Source: a virus. Taken from it: a DNA stretch of 64,000 nt. The translations under genes were made by a program, and so were the position numbers. The stretch covers positions 18,518-82,517 of IMG/VR virus record IMGVR_UViG_3300009078_000075; one strand, 5' to 3'. The notes below the pieces were generated by a model. It saw only the letters and a program-made list of their open reading frames with translations. It did not search any database and had not been told where the DNA came from. This document shows, in pieces, positions 60,554 through 64,000 of the stretch; position 1 is the first letter of the stretch; each line of letters begins with the position of its first letter.

Positions 60554-61012
60554 ATGAATTTATTTGGTTTAATTGGAGGGGCAGTTAAAGGATTAATTTC
60601 CCCGATTTCCACAGTAACGGGGTTAGTATCAGGTAATGGTCAGGGAATGGATATTGCCAATAAAACTGTTGATGGAATTATCAACGGAATTGATAAAATG
60701 TCTTTTACACAAGAGGAGAAATTTGAAGCATGGAAAGACATTGCTCAAGTGCATTTGGCTGTTATGAAAGAGGCAGCGGCAGAGTCAACCACAAAAAGTA
60801 TGACACGTAGATTTTTAGCATTGATTTTGATTGGTAATTATGTATTTCTTTCAGATATAGCAGCATTTGGATGGTTATATAAACCTTCATGGAGCATGTA
60901 CGTTTTGGAGATTTGTAATAATACCATTCTCGGAAAACTTACCCTTTGGTTTGGAATATTTTATGTGGGATATTATGGTGTTTCAAACATTATCGATCAT
61001 GTGAAGAAATAA
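60554..61012 (+). CDS. Holin-like membrane protein
   Basis: IDK...T.EEK, hydrophobic helices; follows lysin. Confidence 0.6.
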   Translation: MNLFGLIGGAVKGLISPISTVTGLVSGNGQGMDIANKTVDGIINGIDKMSFTQEEKFEAWKDIAQVHLAVMKEAAAESTTKSMTRRFLALILIGNYVFLSDIAAFGWLYKPSWSMYVLEICNNTILGKLTLWFGIFYVGYYGVSNIIDHVKK

Positions 61013-61026
61013 CCTTTCTCCCCAAA

Positions 61027-61081
61027 CCATTCCTAAAAAGGGAATGGGAAGCCCATTTGTTTTATGCAAATGGGCTTTTTT
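61027..61081 (+). terminator. Double-hairpin terminator between convergent units
   Basis: CCATTCC/GGAATGG and AAGCCCATTTG/CAAATGGGCTT followed by T run. Confidence 0.8.
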
Positions 61082-61165
61082 ATAAATACCTGATTTTGAT
61101 CATTACAAATAAAATAAAAAATAAAAAGAATACTTTTAAAAAACTATTCATTACCTTTTTCCTTT

Positions 61166-62548
61166 CTAAGATGTTATTAAATGATGTTTTTTCGCATAGC
61201 ATTCCATCGCCATTTTGAAATAACTTTTAAATTCAATATCAGTCATATTATGTTTCATTCGATTGATCCCTGCATCTACCCATTGTAAATTGTTAATATC
61301 GTTGCTACCGCCTTTACTACGGGGTAAAATATGATCGAGATGCATGTTCTTTTCATTTAATGGACGCCGTGAATAAACACATTTAATCCCTTGATCCTTT
61401 AGCTTTTGTAACAATTGAACAGCTAAAAGATCCTTGTCACATCCTTTAAAACACTTACCATAAAGTCTTCCCTTTATCAAGCGAAGCATTTTTTGTTCGT
61501 CAATAATGGAAGGGGCCTCATCTTTTCCATAACAAAAATAAGCGAGTTCTTTCAAATAAATTTCAAACTCGTCATTAGTCATGCCATTTTTCATGTAATT
61601 GACATATCGATCTATCCACTGTAAATTCAAAGTAACATTTTGACCGCCCTTACATCGGGGTTCCTTATGATCAAGTGAGGCATTTATCCCCAATATCAAT
61701 GGAATGCCCATAGACCTACATGTAGAATCATCTTTGAATTCCTGTATTAATTCATCGATTGAAACCAATGAAATATCACCATGGCAATTATTATCATCTA
61801 TACAAACATTATACACTTGATGTTCAACATAATGAAATTTACACAATCCCCGTCCGATTGCAGGTTGCCCGCATCGGGTTCCATTTACTTTTTTAAAGCA
61901 AATTTTATATTTTTTACGTTTTTTAATGGTTTTTTTAGTAAATTCATTATTTTTAGTTGCACATTCAATGCAATAAAGTTTATTCCCTTCTGCAATTGGG
62001 TTTTTGCCACACCATGTGCAAATTCCCATAGCTTTTAATTTGTTTTGAATTTTTTTAACAGATTTATTATGTTTGGCTACATGATCTTTACAATACTGTT
62101 TATTCCCTTCTGCTAAAGGATTATTACAATCACGGCATTTTCTTTGAGCATTACGGGCATCACCACGTTTTTTACCGGTCTCATTATGTTTGCTCGAATG
62201 AAACACACAATAGAATTTTCCTTCTACGGCGGGTTCTTTACATTTGCCCCAAGTGCAAATTCCCAATGCGATTTTTGTTTCACGTTTTTTCTTTAATTCT
62301 TCCCTATGTGTTTCACGAAATTTTCTATTGGCCTCCTTACCTTTGATCAAATGAAATGTACAACAGGTTTTCCCTTCTACGGCGGGTTCTTTACATTTGC
62401 CCCAAGTGCAAATTCCCAATGCAATTTTTGTTTCACGTTCTTTCTTTCTTTCTTCACTATGGGACGCATTATACTCCCGATGATATTCCTTTTTTTCTTC
62501 CTTTGTCATTGCCATTTGCCGTTTTCCTTTATCAAGTATCCCCTGCAC
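61166..62548 (-). CDS. Tandem-HNH endonuclease with N-terminal Cys/His repeats (probable start 62515)
   Basis: LDHKEPRCKGG.N...NLQW and LDHILPRSKGGSN...NLQW; repeated C..(..)C..P...G...C..H units. Confidence 0.8.
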   Translation of the reverse strand: MQGILDKGKRQMAMTKEEKKEYHREYNASHSEERKKERETKIALGICTWGKCKEPAVEGKTCCTFHLIKGKEANRKFRETHREELKKKRETKIALGICTWGKCKEPAVEGKFYCVFHSSKHNETGKKRGDARNAQRKCRDCNNPLAEGNKQYCKDHVAKHNKSVKKIQNKLKAMGICTWCGKNPIAEGNKLYCIECATKNNEFTKKTIKKRKKYKICFKKVNGTRCGQPAIGRGLCKFHYVEHQVYNVCIDDNNCHGDISLVSIDELIQEFKDDSTCRSMGIPLILGINASLDHKEPRCKGGQNVTLNLQWIDRYVNYMKNGMTNDEFEIYLKELAYFCYGKDEAPSIIDEQKMLRLIKGRLYGKCFKGCDKDLLAVQLLQKLKDQGIKCVYSRRPLNEKNMHLDHILPRSKGGSNDINNLQWVDAGINRMKHNMTDIEFKSYFKMAMECYAKKHHLITS

Positions 62549-62553
62549 ACATA

Positions 62554-62588
62554 AAAAAACCCCTGTAATTCCTCAATTAACCAGGGGC
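62554..62588 (-). terminator. Intrinsic terminator
   Basis: CCCCTG/CAGGGG stem followed by T7 on minus. Confidence 0.6.
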
Positions 62589-62656
62589 ATTTATATTTGT
62601 TTATTCTCTAAAACCTACTCTCATTAACCTTGTTCTTCAACCTTTTCAAAGGTTCC

Positions 62657-63154
62657 TTACACCTTCATTAGGTATTCACGAAAATTCCTTTTCATGTATC
62701 CGGATATTGCCGGTGGACTCACGCCTATTTCATGGGCAAATGCCGTCTGTTTGAATGTCCCCGCATCAATCCGCCTTTTGATCTCATCATGATACCCCGG
62801 GATGATGTTCCTGCGCCCACGCTTCACAGGGACCTTTTCAGGGGGGATAACATCAATGGGCACCTCTACAGGGGCATCTGTGGGGGGCTCAGGGACATCC
62901 ATAGGAGCGTTCACAGGGACATCCATAGGGGCCTTCACAGGGGTCCCCTCTTCTTCTTCATCGGGTGGTTCAGGCACCCGTACACCCTGACAAGCTGGGC
63001 AAACGTACCATTGTCCGAAAAGTACCGGCCCCTTGGTCGTGTCTTTCGTTTCAGGCGCCCACTTGTTACCGCACAAAAGGCACTCAAGACGCTTCGGTTC
63101 GTTTGTGAAGATACTGACGTTTACTGCACTTAGTTCTGATTTCCTGAATCTCAT
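62657..63154 (-). CDS. Zn-ribbon + Pro-rich linker + HTH protein
   Basis: CLLC, CPAC, APMDVP repeats, QTAFAHEIGVSPPAISGY; class A promoter. Confidence 0.65.
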   Translation of the reverse strand: MRFRKSELSAVNVSIFTNEPKRLECLLCGNKWAPETKDTTKGPVLFGQWYVCPACQGVRVPEPPDEEEEGTPVKAPMDVPVNAPMDVPEPPTDAPVEVPIDVIPPEKVPVKRGRRNIIPGYHDEIKRRIDAGTFKQTAFAHEIGVSPPAISGYMKRNFREYLMKV

Positions 63155-63503
63155 CGGCTTTCTCCTTTGTTAAAGGTTGCTGTTTTCCCTCTCTATTATA
63201 TATATCGGCATATATTACTTTTTTGATCGGTTAATTTAAGGTTAAGGCATCATAATAACGATCCCTAAAAGTAAACCCAAAATGAATATAAACCCTATGG
63301 CTAAAAATGTATTAAATTCATCCATATCCATGTTCCTTATGTTTGGGTTAACAAAAAATCAAAATGGCAGCAATAAAAAAGGAAAATAAACATGTCCCCA
63401 TCATAATTTTTTCGTATCCGTTGTAAAGCACCATGTTTCATTTTTCCCCTGTATTAAAAGTTTTTATTCAAAAACCTCTCTCATTAACCTTATATCAATT
63501 CAA

Positions 63504-63764
63504 TTATTGTGATATTGCTGATAATTCAGCTACTGCATTTTTCGTTTCCCATGCTTCAATCCGTTTCCAAAGGACATCTGAAACTGATATTGAATCGGAT
63601 GCCGTTTTCCCGGTTCTTACTGCCCCTGAATGTCCAATGAAATAAAGTTTATTTGATGATGGGGTTAAAAATGTTCGGTACTTTTTTGACCGAGAAGAAA
63701 TTTCCCTGAGACCCATTGCTGTAAAAAAATTCACTGCCCTTTGTTCCTTTGTTACTTTTGCCAT
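63504..63764 (-). CDS. Hypothetical protein
   Basis: CCTTTAACACAGGAGA leader as at 9500. Confidence 0.6.
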   Translation of the reverse strand: MAKVTKEQRAVNFFTAMGLREISSRSKKYRTFLTPSSNKLYFIGHSGAVRTGKTASDSISVSDVLWKRIEAWETKNAVAELSAISQ

Positions 63765-63800
63765 TGTCTTTCTCCTGTGTTAAAGGTTTCTATTTTTTAA

Positions 63801-64000
63801 TTAATATTTTGCCCCATAAAAATTGGCCTCTCGAACATCAGCCCCCTTAAGATTGGCCCTCCGAAGATCGGCCCCTGTAAGATCGGCCCCCTCAAGATCG
63901 GCCCCCTCACGATCGGCCCTCCGAAGATCGGCCCCTCGAAGATCGGCATCCCGAAGATCCGCCCCACCAAGATTGACACTTTGAACATCGGCCCCTCGTA
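63801..64000 (-). CDS. Pentapeptide repeat protein (partial, C-terminal end)
   Basis: Hand-translated ADVQS-VNLGG-ADLRD-ADLRG-ADLRR...ANFYGAKY*; different frame from the ORF track call. Confidence 0.85.
   Translation of the reverse strand, partial: RGADVQSVNLGGADLRDADLRGADLRRADREGADLEGADLTGADLRRANLKGADVREANFYGAKY

Noticed and set aside
1-64000. Stop-codon reassignment
   Set aside because: Core genes are intact under the standard code; no suppressor tRNA seen

Overview
AT-rich 64 kb segment of a tailed dsDNA phage with siphovirus-type tail genes, probably infecting a Gram-negative host (it encodes a PagL-like lipid A deacylase). The genome continues past both edges, and no DNA polymerase, integrase or DpdA/TGT is visible. 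Layout: (i) minus-strand packaging arm 1-9.2 kb: TerS, intein-containing TerL, portal, a split MuF head protein carrying zincin and ADP-ribosyltransferase toxin-like domains, methyltransferase, glycosyltransferase; (ii) plus-strand replication/accessory region 9.5-40 kb: SNF2 helicase, sigma-like protein, primase, probable origin, helicase, 7-deazaguanine cluster HNH-QueD/QueE/QueC/PRTase-FolE, tRNA-Lys, nucleotide enzymes, many small genes and several structured non-coding elements; (iii) plus-strand capsid, tail and lysis operon 40.2-61 kb with glycosyl- and methyltransferases interleaved; (iv) minus-strand small genes at the right edge. Best leads: the split two-toxin MuF cassette with an orphan copy of its candidate immunity gene, the PRTase-FolE fusion in a cluster lacking DpdA, a possible virion glycosylation system, and promoter-linked small structured RNAs under three conserved promoter-like motif classes. 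All functional calls come from motif recognition by eye; no searches were run.
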